Assembly: GCF_000698785.1 (NCBI RefSeq)
Contig: NZ_CP007536.1
Location: 300,001 to 332,000, forward strand
DNA: 32,000 nt
From: Nitrososphaera viennensis EN76
GTDB lineage: Archaea; Thermoproteota; Nitrososphaeria; Nitrososphaerales; Nitrososphaeraceae
Reading direction: 5' to 3'
A model generated the notes under the pieces. It was not told the origin of the DNA. It saw nothing but the letters and a program-made list of their open reading frames with translations, and searched no databases. Position numbers and translations under genes: made by a program. Shown here one piece after another: positions 25,048 through 32,000 of the stretch. Positions within the stretch are counted from its first letter, which is position 1, and each line of letters opens with the position of its first letter.

Positions 25048-26058
25048 ATGCCTGCTACATGGAAGGCAAGGAGCGCGGAATTCAAGAAACTGTGGGGGTA
25101 CTCGGTCGGCTTGTACGGCGTATGGGTCGCGCACGTCGGGCGCAGGACCGGGCTGTTTGAAGCAATTGCTAGGCGCCCTGCCACTCCGGAAGAGCTGGCG
25201 GCGCAGGCCAATTTCAATGCTGATGCAGTAAAAGCGTGGTGCTCTGCCGCCCTTGCGCTTGGCTTTTTGAAGATGAAAAGCAAAAAACTGTACCTGCCTG
25301 CCAAGATGAAAGAGATCCTCCTTGACAAAAAGAGTCCGGATTACCTCGGTGGCCAGTTTTCGTACATCGCCTTGCGCAGCCTGGAGTACGGCGGTCTTGA
25401 GGATTTGATAAAAACAGGCAGGACGCGCGAAATGACTTCCTCCACATTTGAGGCGATTGTAGAGGCAACAGACTGGGATCACAATGCCTTTCTGTCTGCA
25501 ATAAAGCGCGGCAGGAACCACAAACTACATGCGATGCTTTCAAAGGGGTGCAGGGCACTTGACGTCGGCTGCGGCACTGGCACATTCATTGAAAAACTGT
25601 TGCAAATCTATCAGCACTCATCTTTCGTGGGTGTCGAGCCGTCAGAGGCCGCCGCGCACACGGCTATGGAGATGGCCGCCGGCTTGCCGGCGGTAGAGAT
25701 ACTGCGAGAGACAGGCGAGGCAATGAACTTTGAAAACGAATTCGACCTTGTCTACCTCGGCGAGTCGCTCTATGCGGCGTCTGACAAGCAGGCCATAGTG
25801 TCAAACTGTTATCGCGCGCTGAAAAAAGGCGGCGCGATTGCGATAGTGGAGGGGCTCTTGCCAGATAACAACAACAAAACAAGCAACGACGACGAGGGCC
25901 GGCTGATAATGGGCATGCAGGTCGACTTTGCATTGCAGGGCTATCGCTTTATGACGAGAAACGAAATAGGGGCGCTCCTCAAGGCGGCAGGCTTTTCCAA
26001 GGCTGCCTTTGAGGATTTCGGGGGCTCGCTGTATCTGGTTACCGCATGGAAGCCATAG
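25048..26058 (+). CDS. Class I SAM-dependent methyltransferase with an N-terminal winged-helix/dimerisation-like domain
   Basis: Motif I LDVGCGTGTF and post-I/II DLVYLGESL, KKGGAIAIVE. The N-terminal GLFEAIARRPATPEELA resembles O-methyltransferase family-2 architecture. It starts 9 nt after the FAD oxidase. Confidence 0.85.
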   Translation: MPATWKARSAEFKKLWGYSVGLYGVWVAHVGRRTGLFEAIARRPATPEELAAQANFNADAVKAWCSAALALGFLKMKSKKLYLPAKMKEILLDKKSPDYLGGQFSYIALRSLEYGGLEDLIKTGRTREMTSSTFEAIVEATDWDHNAFLSAIKRGRNHKLHAMLSKGCRALDVGCGTGTFIEKLLQIYQHSSFVGVEPSEAAAHTAMEMAAGLPAVEILRETGEAMNFENEFDLVYLGESLYAASDKQAIVSNCYRALKKGGAIAIVEGLLPDNNNKTSNDDEGRLIMGMQVDFALQGYRFMTRNEIGALLKAAGFSKAAFEDFGGSLYLVTAWKP

Positions 26059-26460
26059 CTAGTCGGTCCCGAACATACCTAGCATGTCAAAGCCTTCTTC
26101 TGACTTTGTCTTTATCTCTGCAATGGATATCAGGTGGCCGTCAGGATCCTCGATTACAGCGTGTTTGCCAAACGGCTCGTCCTTGGGCTTTTTGAAGAAC
26201 TTGACCTTTTTAGCCTTTAGTTCCTTCACCGTTGCGTCCATGTCGCCTACCATAAAGCCGACAAGCATCCCGGTGCCCGAGCTTACCATGCTCTTTCTCT
26301 TGGCGGGGGTGAGCGCAAGCACGGTGCCGTCCTTGAAGAACTCGGTCCAGTCCTTGGACTTGCTCTTTAGCTGGAGCCCGAGCGTGTCCTTGTAGAACTT
26401 TACCGACTTTTCCATGCTTGAGACGAGCAGGATCACTGCGCCGACTTTTTTGAATGCCAA
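26059..26460 (-). CDS. VOC-family (glyoxalase/bleomycin-resistance fold) protein
   Basis: VGAVILLVSSMEKSVKFYKDTLGL...FGKHAVIEDPDGHLISI. TTG 26460 gives a 133-aa single-domain size with a TATA-like TTAATTTA about 35 nt upstream. The track ORF extends to 26577. Confidence 0.8.
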   Translation of the reverse strand: MAFKKVGAVILLVSSMEKSVKFYKDTLGLQLKSKSKDWTEFFKDGTVLALTPAKRKSMVSSGTGMLVGFMVGDMDATVKELKAKKVKFFKKPKDEPFGKHAVIEDPDGHLISIAEIKTKSEEGFDMLGMFGTD

Positions 26461-26567
26461 AATCAGTCCACCTAGAGAAAGGTTGGGGAGGTAAATTAAG
26501 AACTTTCCGCTTGTGATGTGCGCGTTAATTAACAGCCTGTGCACAAGCTTTGTACGTACGCACGCAT

Positions 26568-26813
26568 ATGACGACACTTGAGATTGTAGACTATCGTACG
26601 GAGGTGGCGCTTGAAGGGCTGCCTGACCGCCTGCAAAAGCAGTTCTTAAATGAAGTCCCTGCAGCCAACCAAAAGATGCTGTCTGTACGTCATGAGATGA
26701 ACAAGGTGGCTGAAAAGAAGAAGCTTGGCTGGAGGTTTACAAGCCTGTATCTGTCAGCCTTGTGTACACCGGAAACACAACTACTTCGCCCAGCTTGGCA
26801 GTTGTTGCAATGA
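26568..26813 (+). CDS. Small hypothetical protein (81 aa) coupled to the Met-rich gene
   Basis: ATG-started MTTLEIVDYRTEVALEGLPDRLQKQFLNEVPAANQKMLSVRHEMNKVAEKKKL... Its TGA overlaps the downstream ATG (ATGA). GTTAATTAAC lies about 38 nt upstream. Confidence 0.35.
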   Translation: MTTLEIVDYRTEVALEGLPDRLQKQFLNEVPAANQKMLSVRHEMNKVAEKKKLGWRFTSLYLSALCTPETQLLRPAWQLLQ

Positions 26814-27121
26814 CAAATCACAATCAGATGATGGACATGATGCACGGCGGGAGCAGCGGCATGATGGGAGGAATGAGTGGAATGACGGGCGGCCTGAGTG
26901 GCATGGGACAGCATGGCATGAGCCACGGGATAATGGCAAACAATACTCAATCTACAATGATGATGATTGGTCATGAAGATGCAATGCAATCTCAGACTGG
27001 CAGCGCCCTTGTACAAGCGGGATGGAAGGCCGGCGTCACCGTTAAGGTAAACTTGGACGGGAACACGTCCGCATTTGATGCGCAAGATATCCACGTTATG
27101 GTATTTCCACACCTGACTTGA
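26810..27121 (+). CDS. Met/His/Gly-rich protein (putative Cu(I)-binding)
   Basis: MTNHNQMMDMMHGGSSGMMGGMSGMTGGLSGMGQHGMSHGIMANNTQSTMMMIGHEDAM is followed by a beta-strand-like tail. A T-run (CATTTTTTCT) follows the stop. The start could also be GTG 26762. Confidence 0.55.
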   Translation: MTNHNQMMDMMHGGSSGMMGGMSGMTGGLSGMGQHGMSHGIMANNTQSTMMMIGHEDAMQSQTGSALVQAGWKAGVTVKVNLDGNTSAFDAQDIHVMVFPHLT

Positions 27122-27287
27122 GATGGCGCAAAAGGCCTTCTCTCATTTTTTCTAATCGGACCGGAGGATTCTCAACTGATGTCAAGTCGCGTCAACCGCT
27201 ACAATACAAGCTACTACAATCGGCGCTCGCAGTTGCTAGCAAGGATAGATAAAAAATACAAATCAGAGCAGGCTCTAGAAAAATAGT

Positions 27288-27971
27288 ATGAAGTGGTCAC
27301 TTGAGGATTTTGTCTATGGCGCGACAGACGGCGCGGTCACCACATTTGCTATCGTTGCAGGCGTAGTCGGCGCATCGCTCTCGCCGGCCATAGTGCTTAT
27401 CCTCGGATTTGCCAATCTCTTTGCAGACGGCTTTTCGATGGCGGTTGGAAATTATCTTGCGACAAAGTCTCAAAAGGAGGCCATCGAAAGGGCACGGCAG
27501 CGCGAAGAGTGGGAGATCGACCACCTCGCTGATCAGGAAAAACAGGAAATTCGCGACATTTACGCTAAAAAAGGTTTCAAGGACGAGATCCTCGAGGAAA
27601 TAGTGCGCATCATAACGTCAAGGCGCAAGGTGTGGCTCGACACGATGATGAAAGAGGAGCTTGGCCTCGTAGATGATAAGAGGAGGCCACTTGATACTGC
27701 AATCACAACATTTGCAGCATTTAATGCAATAGGCTTCATACCGCTCTTGCCGTTTGTGGTTGTGTATGCTGCAGGGGCGATTGTAATATCGCAGGAAGCA
27801 TTTGCCTATTCTAGCGTATTTACTGCAGTAGCATTTTTCACCATAGGTGCGGTGAAAGGGAAGATACTACGCAAGTCGCTTGTGCGGTCAGGCCTTGGCA
27901 CGCTTGCATTAGGTGGAATAGCTGCTGCAGTGGCGTTCATAGTCGGTTATCTGCTCAATCAACTTGTATGA
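27288..27971 (+). CDS. VIT1/CCC1-family iron/manganese transporter
   Basis: YGATDGAVTTFAIVAGV and GFANLFADGFSMAVGNYLATKSQ, then a central cytosolic helical EE-rich segment and C-terminal TM helices. Confidence 0.9.
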   Translation: MKWSLEDFVYGATDGAVTTFAIVAGVVGASLSPAIVLILGFANLFADGFSMAVGNYLATKSQKEAIERARQREEWEIDHLADQEKQEIRDIYAKKGFKDEILEEIVRIITSRRKVWLDTMMKEELGLVDDKRRPLDTAITTFAAFNAIGFIPLLPFVVVYAAGAIVISQEAFAYSSVFTAVAFFTIGAVKGKILRKSLVRSGLGTLALGGIAAAVAFIVGYLLNQLV

Positions 27972-28064
27972 TGAAAAATCGAAATCTGACCACCAAAAAA
28001 TTGTATCGACGATCACGATACTCTGACCAAGCTGGCTCGGACAAGCATGGAATCGAAGATTGTT

Positions 28065-28214
28065 TCAGCAGATGGCGATATTCTGGACCCTGCTCACGTC
28101 GACATCCACCTGCTGAGCTATCGCTTCAACAGAAAGATCCGAATAGCGATACAGGTCAGCTATCGTACTCTTCTTTCTTGCTTCTGTATCTCCATCGATT
28201 GCGACAATCTTCAC
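28065..28214 (-). CDS. Possible 49-aa ORF with a helix-turn-helix-like segment, coupled to the upstream membrane protein
   Basis: My translation is (M)KIVAIDGDTEARKKSTIADLYRYSDLSVEAIAQQVDVDVSRVQNIAIC. Its GTG overlaps the stop of 28211-28822 (GTGA). It competes with plus-strand track ORFs that run into neighbouring genes. Confidence 0.3.
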   Translation of the reverse strand: MKIVAIDGDTEARKKSTIADLYRYSDLSVEAIAQQVDVDVSRVQNIAIC

Positions 28215-28822
28215 GCGGCTTCTGTCGCTCCTTTTCCCGTTTTTCCTCTTGAGAAAGACTCTGAACTGGACGATGATGTTCTGTAAGTTAGAAGGAAACC
28301 TGCGCCTCCGGCCACTACCCCCAATACAGTCACAAAGACGGCTGCAGATATTGGCTCGACGAACGGCGCCAGTATTTCATGGGCTTGTCCCGCGTTAAAG
28401 CCCTTCCCTCCCACACTTTCTGGCAGCATTGCTGCTCCGCCGAGGTATCCTGCGTACATCAGCATGCCCATGGTGGCAACTGTTCCTACATTCATTAGAA
28501 CAAGATGAACCCAAGCCAAGACCTTCGTACCTCTTTGCATACGTTTTCCCATTATATTTTCAAGATAGTGGTAAAAGAGCGCGGATACTGCTACACCAAT
28601 GACTCCGATGACAATATACAGAACGTAGCCGAAGGTAAACCATGTTCCTGCACCTCCTCCTGCTATAACTCTGGATATTTCTGGTTTTAGGAATGATATC
28701 TGACTTAGCAGCAGAAAGATTGTTAGTCCTGCTAGGATTGTGCCCTGAATAATAGCTGCCATCATGAACCTCTTTGCCCAGACGTTATTATCGTCGCCTG
28801 CGAATCCTGATCTTCCCATCAT
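28211..28822 (-). CDS. Hypothetical integral membrane protein (about 5 TM helices)
   Basis: 203 aa with hydrophobic segments AAIIQGTILAGLTIFLLL, FGYVLYIVIGVIGVAVSALF, LAWVHLVLMNVGTVATMGMLMYAGY and AAVFVTVLGVVAGGAGFLL. The tail is Ser-rich. No family was recognised. Confidence 0.7.
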   Translation of the reverse strand: MMGRSGFAGDDNNVWAKRFMMAAIIQGTILAGLTIFLLLSQISFLKPEISRVIAGGGAGTWFTFGYVLYIVIGVIGVAVSALFYHYLENIMGKRMQRGTKVLAWVHLVLMNVGTVATMGMLMYAGYLGGAAMLPESVGGKGFNAGQAHEILAPFVEPISAAVFVTVLGVVAGGAGFLLTYRTSSSSSESFSRGKTGKGATEAA

Positions 28823-28906
28823 AGATCATGTATGGTTGGAGAACCTGCCTATTATCAGCAAAGAGTACAGTGCATGGCTGTGCAGACACGGTGATTAAGA
28901 ACTAAT

Positions 28907-29269
28907 TTGCGGCAAATATTTGTCGATATGAAAGAAGGTTTCTCACTTGTTAATGAAAGTAGGAGGAGATTGCTTGCAGAACTGGAAACGTACGGGATTG
29001 TTCTAAAGCCTACCGAGAACGTACTGAAGGATGCCGTTCTTGAACGTCTGCTGCATGAGTTAAGAAGAGGCAGTGATGATATTGTTGTTGAAACGAAATC
29101 GACCAATAATAATATGGCCGTTACTAATGCTTATGACCATTACACCGCGATCGCAATTGACAATATCAGCAAATTGTTTATTGCGTCATTGTTGTTTTTC
29201 TCTTCGTATCCCTGGATGACTCTATGGTGGTTGCCACCTCTCTACGATTATTACAGGATCAAAAGATGA
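28907..29269 (+). CDS. Hypothetical protein with a C-terminal hydrophobic segment
   Basis: TTG start (alternative ATG at 28928). The N-terminus is helical (RRRLLAELETYGIVLKP...LERLLHELRRG). The C-terminal segment is LFIASLLFFSSYPWMTLWWL followed by RIKR. Confidence 0.4.
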   Translation: MRQIFVDMKEGFSLVNESRRRLLAELETYGIVLKPTENVLKDAVLERLLHELRRGSDDIVVETKSTNNNMAVTNAYDHYTAIAIDNISKLFIASLLFFSSYPWMTLWWLPPLYDYYRIKR

Positions 29270-29540
29270 GGCTCTACTTTGCATAGGTGCCATAGACGAT
29301 TGATTCGCTCCTTACCCCTGCCCCTGTAAAATTACAGTTGGCCCCTCCCGTAAATCCAAAGCAAACCCTCAAAAGAATAGCGTTCTGGCAGATTCACCGC
29401 ATTACAGATGCCATGTGCAGTTGACCAAGATACTTCAAGACCTATGGTAAATTCGCTCATGCAGATCAGTCTAGTTACCTAGGCGACTAACATCTTATTC
29501 CAGAAGATTCGTCAATAAACAACTCTCTCCACACTTTAAT

Positions 29541-29565
29541 GAATGCTTTGCAGTGCAGAGCATTC
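29541..29565. promoter_or_regulatory. Inverted repeat between a TATA-like box and the hsp20 start
   Basis: GAATGCT-(11 nt)-AGCATTC has perfect 7-bp arms. It follows CTTTAAT directly and ends 29 nt before the hsp20 ATG. Confidence 0.35.
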
Positions 29566-29593
29566 CTGCTTTTCAAATAATCTGCAAGAGGAT

Positions 29594-30109
29594 ATGAGCG
29601 CTATGAGTTCCAAGAATGTCGAGAAAAAGGAACAAGAATCTATCGTAAAGCGTACCGGCCTGTTTGAGGATGTCGGAAGAAGCATAGAACACGAGATGGA
29701 GAGGTTCTTTTCCAGACCATGGCCTCCTGCTTTTGAATTGAGGTTGCCATTTGGTTCATTTCCGCCACTGCCAGAAGTTCGCATGCCGCTATGCGATGTG
29801 GTGGACAAGGGCGATAGGTATGAGGCAAATCTCGAAGTCCCTGGAATAGAAAAAGAACAGATAGATGTCAAGGCCACGCGGAATTCTGTAGAGGTATCCG
29901 GCGAGCATTCTGAAAAGAAGGAGGAAAAAAGAAAGAACTACTTGTACAATGAAAGGTCATACAAGTCGTTCTATCGAAAGATTCCTGTTCCGGAAGAGAT
30001 AATTCCTTCCAAAATAGAGGCCAGAGTAGTAAATGGGGTATTGAATATCAGTATGCCAAAGAAAACGCCTTCAAAAACAGACGAAGAAACAAAAGTGGAG
30101 GTAAAGTAA
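29594..30109 (+). CDS. hsp20: Small heat-shock protein, Hsp20/alpha-crystallin family
   Basis: The alpha-crystallin domain runs DVVDKGDRYEANLEVPGIEKEQIDVKATRNSVEVSGEH...ERSYKSFYRKIPVPEEI...IEARVVNGVLNISMPK. ATG 29594 is preferred over the track start. Confidence 0.9.
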   Translation: MSAMSSKNVEKKEQESIVKRTGLFEDVGRSIEHEMERFFSRPWPPAFELRLPFGSFPPLPEVRMPLCDVVDKGDRYEANLEVPGIEKEQIDVKATRNSVEVSGEHSEKKEEKRKNYLYNERSYKSFYRKIPVPEEIIPSKIEARVVNGVLNISMPKKTPSKTDEETKVEVK

Positions 30110-30112
30110 GAT

Positions 30113-30949
30113 ATGAAAAATCGACTTGTTTTCTTTGGATTGATAGCCTTGGCGGCTGTGCTTGCAACAACTTCATCCATTGCAGCAATAATACCTAACG
30201 CGGCGGCATTCCATACCTTTGGCGGAACATATGTCGTAAACATAATACCTGGCGCCGCTCAACAAGAAAGCCTCTATCATTACTACCCGCCTTCAATTGC
30301 GGTCCCAAAAGAAACTGAGGTGGCTTGGTTCAACGGTGATCCAGAGCAGCCACATACCGTAACCAGCGGTAATCCCGGAGGCCAGGATTCAGGAATGATA
30401 TTCAACTCCGGAGTCATGTCATATCAGTACTTCTTTCAGTACGAATTCCATCAAGCCGGAGACTATCCGTACTACTGCATGATTCACCCCTGGAGGTTAG
30501 GTACGATCCATGTAAGTGACGAAGTCGTACAGGGAAATAACTTTGAATTCTCCACTGGAACGGGCAGCACGTGGAATTTATTGGAATTTGACAGGAACTT
30601 GCTGAAATTCGAGCCAACTACCGTGTCGCTTGAGGAAACAACTCCTGCAAGCTATTACGTATCAATAGTCGATAATACGACAAAGCAGACAGTTCACAAT
30701 GGATTCTTCCCGTCGACAAACAACCTGCTGATCGAGCTGATATCCAATGACAGCAACGCCAACCAGACAATCACGTATGGCCCAGACAGGGCATCCACCA
30801 TACACTCGACTCCCGGAGCATATCATGTTCAAGGCAACTTCGTCAAGACTGGCGCCACGTATGCCATCAACGTAGTCCTATATTCGGTCGATGGAAAACC
30901 CTTGGAGTCACCGCCAATGGATCGGTTCCAGCTCAAAGTGGCAGGATAG
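30113..30949 (+). CDS. Secreted/membrane-anchored cupredoxin-domain protein with a roughly 150-aa C-terminal beta-rich extension
   Basis: The signal/anchor is MKNRLVFFGLIALAAVLATTSS. The cupredoxin elements are EQPHTVTSG and YPYYCMIHPWRLG. It starts 3 nt after the hsp20 stop. Confidence 0.8.
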   Translation: MKNRLVFFGLIALAAVLATTSSIAAIIPNAAAFHTFGGTYVVNIIPGAAQQESLYHYYPPSIAVPKETEVAWFNGDPEQPHTVTSGNPGGQDSGMIFNSGVMSYQYFFQYEFHQAGDYPYYCMIHPWRLGTIHVSDEVVQGNNFEFSTGTGSTWNLLEFDRNLLKFEPTTVSLEETTPASYYVSIVDNTTKQTVHNGFFPSTNNLLIELISNDSNANQTITYGPDRASTIHSTPGAYHVQGNFVKTGATYAINVVLYSVDGKPLESPPMDRFQLKVAG

Positions 30950-31021
30950 GAAACAGTACCAGAAGATGGGTCCCCGGTACTGCAAGATGTTGACATCTGC
31001 GCTACCTGTCACCATCTTCCA

Positions 31022-31028
31022 TTTTTTT
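31022..31028 (+). terminator. T7 tract downstream of the cupredoxin gene
   Basis: CCATTTTTTTGA lies about 75 nt after the stop. It is preceded by a 7-bp hairpin (CAGTACC...GGTACTG, 30954-30982). Confidence 0.35.
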
Positions 31029-31088
31029 GATCCTGTTCCATGCATGCTCTCTATCTTGAAGTCAGCATGCAGTACTTTGCAACAAGCG

Positions 31089-31433
31089 TTAGAGGGCGCT
31101 ATCTCCCTTCTCCCTAGTGCCCAAGTCGTAGGCCTCTGCCACGTCATAAACGAATATCTTGCCAATCGCAGAAGTGCCGACGCCAAAAGTCTTAAGGACA
31201 TCTTCTATAATCTCTCTACTCAGGGCGTCAGATACAAGCACCTGTACTTTGGTCCGGAACCCAAACTCTGGTACATACGTCATGACCCCTCTCCCAATCG
31301 TTATTGGTTTTTGTCTTGTGCGTCCTCTTCCCTTGATATCATAAAACGACATTCCTCCAACCTTGTGCTTGTGTAGTAGTTCATTCAGCTGTGGCAGATG
31401 CTCCTGGGGAATAATTATTTCGAGCTTTCTCAT
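31089..31433 (-). CDS. P-II (GlnB/GlnK-like) signal-transduction family protein
   Basis: MRKLEIIIPQEHLPQLNELLHKHKVGGMSFYDIKGRGR...GKIFVYDVAEAYDLGTREKGDSAL aligns along its whole length with canonical PII (112-114 aa). The T-loop region is divergent. It starts at the internal ATG of the 131-aa track ORF. Confidence 0.85.
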   Translation of the reverse strand: MRKLEIIIPQEHLPQLNELLHKHKVGGMSFYDIKGRGRTRQKPITIGRGVMTYVPEFGFRTKVQVLVSDALSREIIEDVLKTFGVGTSAIGKIFVYDVAEAYDLGTREKGDSAL

Positions 31434-31494
31434 GTATGTTATTTCAAGGTCCAGATATGATAAACTAGTTGCATTGCACTGCACTATGCTGCAA

Positions 31495-31932
31495 TCATGA
31501 ATCTTCCAACATCTTGATTGAATCTCCGATCGATTTCTTGACCTCGCTTAGAATCTGAAGTACTTCTTTCTCATTGCTGTCTCCATTCTGCTTCTGTTCA
31601 AGCTCATTGTTGTAGTACTTCATCCACGAGTATGTATGTTGCAGGTTCTGAAAAAGTGGAAACGGCAGCAGGATCTGTTTCCCTCCAAGTATTGTTGCAT
31701 CCCACATGTCTGTAAAAAATGGCTTGAAGTCGCTGTACTTGACCGACTCTTCAATAAACCGTAGCTTGTTGTTAAGGTCGTTTTTGACAAAGTGGACTAT
31801 CTGCTGCCTGTTCCTATCTTCCTCTTTCCTGATCTTGCGCTTGTCGACTAAAGCTTCCACGTAAATGGCGCCGTATATTATAGCTGCAAGAAGCATCATT
31901 TCAACTAGGAGGGAATCCCACTGTATTGCCAA
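31495..31932 (-). CDS. Hypothetical protein with an N-terminal TM helix
   Basis: 145 aa with a TTG start (alternative ATG at 31899). The TM helix LLVEMMLLAAIIYGAIYVEAL is followed by a charged helical region. TTAATTATAAT lies about 25-30 nt upstream of 31932. Confidence 0.5.
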   Translation of the reverse strand: MAIQWDSLLVEMMLLAAIIYGAIYVEALVDKRKIRKEEDRNRQQIVHFVKNDLNNKLRFIEESVKYSDFKPFFTDMWDATILGGKQILLPFPLFQNLQHTYSWMKYYNNELEQKQNGDSNEKEVLQILSEVKKSIGDSIKMLEDS

Positions 31933-32000
31933 CGGTGCAAATATCCACAGGTTTGATTATAATTAACATAGGGTACGCAGTGTATTGCTCTGCAAACATA

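Noticed and set aside
765-25521. Many long antisense or alternate-frame ORFs inside well-supported genes (for example 765-1352, 2334-3062, 13679-14395, 21757-22239, 24183-24662, 24799-25521).
   Set aside because: Each lies entirely within a gene that has strong family motifs on the other strand or frame. Their Arg/Ala/Pro/Cys-biased composition is typical of GC-rich shadow ORFs.
26690-27112. A His-rich 140-aa ORF on the minus strand.
   Set aside because: It mirrors the Met-rich plus-strand gene, because ATG is the complement of CAT. The plus frame has a coupled upstream ORF, a T-run after its stop and a more protein-like tail. The minus frame is kept as an alternative in the findings.
27962-28031. 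A second C/D-like pattern: AUGAUGA (27968-27974), 11 nt, CUGA (27986-27989), and a further CUGA at 28023-28026.
   Set aside because: Box C is formed by the VIT1 stop region (GTA TGA TGA). There is no convincing C' box with proper spacing. The terminal stem is only 4 bp and needs a bulge. The intervening GTATCG...CGATAC hairpin after an A-run fits a convergent terminator better.
27968-28286. Plus-strand ORFs 27968-28252 and 28047-28286.
   Set aside because: They overlap the VIT1 end or run 75 nt into the membrane-protein gene. Their composition is Arg/Ser-rich and non-protein-like. A minus-strand coupled small ORF explains the region somewhat better.
30891-31376. A 161-aa plus-strand ORF overlapping the cupredoxin end and the PII gene.
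   Set aside because: It is antisense to a clear PII homologue and has no motifs of its own.
1-32000. A search for CRISPR repeats, transposase/integrase genes, terminal inverted repeats, prophage or defence-system signatures, inteins and tRNA introns.
   Set aside because: No regularly spaced direct repeats, no recombinase-like ORF and no recognisable defence domains were seen by eye. The tRNA-Glu is uninterrupted.

Overview
This is an archaeal chromosomal segment, most consistent with an ammonia-oxidising thaumarchaeon (Nitrososphaera-like). That assignment is an inference from gene content. The window carries archaeal information-processing genes: Rpo7/RpoE', Spt4, L10e, S30e, tRNA-splicing endonuclease, a Dpo4-type Y-family polymerase, an XPD-like FeS helicase and a DRG GTPase. 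It also has AT-rich TATA-like boxes about 25-40 nt upstream of starts, two cupredoxins and a cysteine-free exosortase/archaeosortase homologue. Core metabolism includes pgk, de novo NAD synthesis (nadX, nadA, nadC), Mrp/ApbC, DUF359 dephospho-CoA kinase, and an FAD-oxidase/methyltransferase/VOC trio. Metal and stress genes include VIT1, a Met-rich protein, Hsp20 and a PII-like protein. Three RNA genes are invisible to the ORF track: a 5S rRNA (12647-12761), tRNA-Glu(CUC) (13316-13391) and a C/D box sRNA candidate (22968-23031). I found no CRISPR array, transposase/integrase, or recognisable defence or toxin-antitoxin system. The parts worth a second look are listed below.
- A family of three uncharacterised paralogues, two of which are each followed by a small Cys-rich ORF.
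- An unusually high density of zinc-ribbon/zinc-finger micro-ORFs, several below the 60-aa cutoff of the track. One is a membrane-anchored classical C2H2 finger.
- A TRAM protein with an RGG-type N-terminus.
- A Cys-less archaeosortase homologue.
- Several stop/start-coupled small ORFs.
All functional calls come from motif recognition by eye. No database searches or numerical computations were run.
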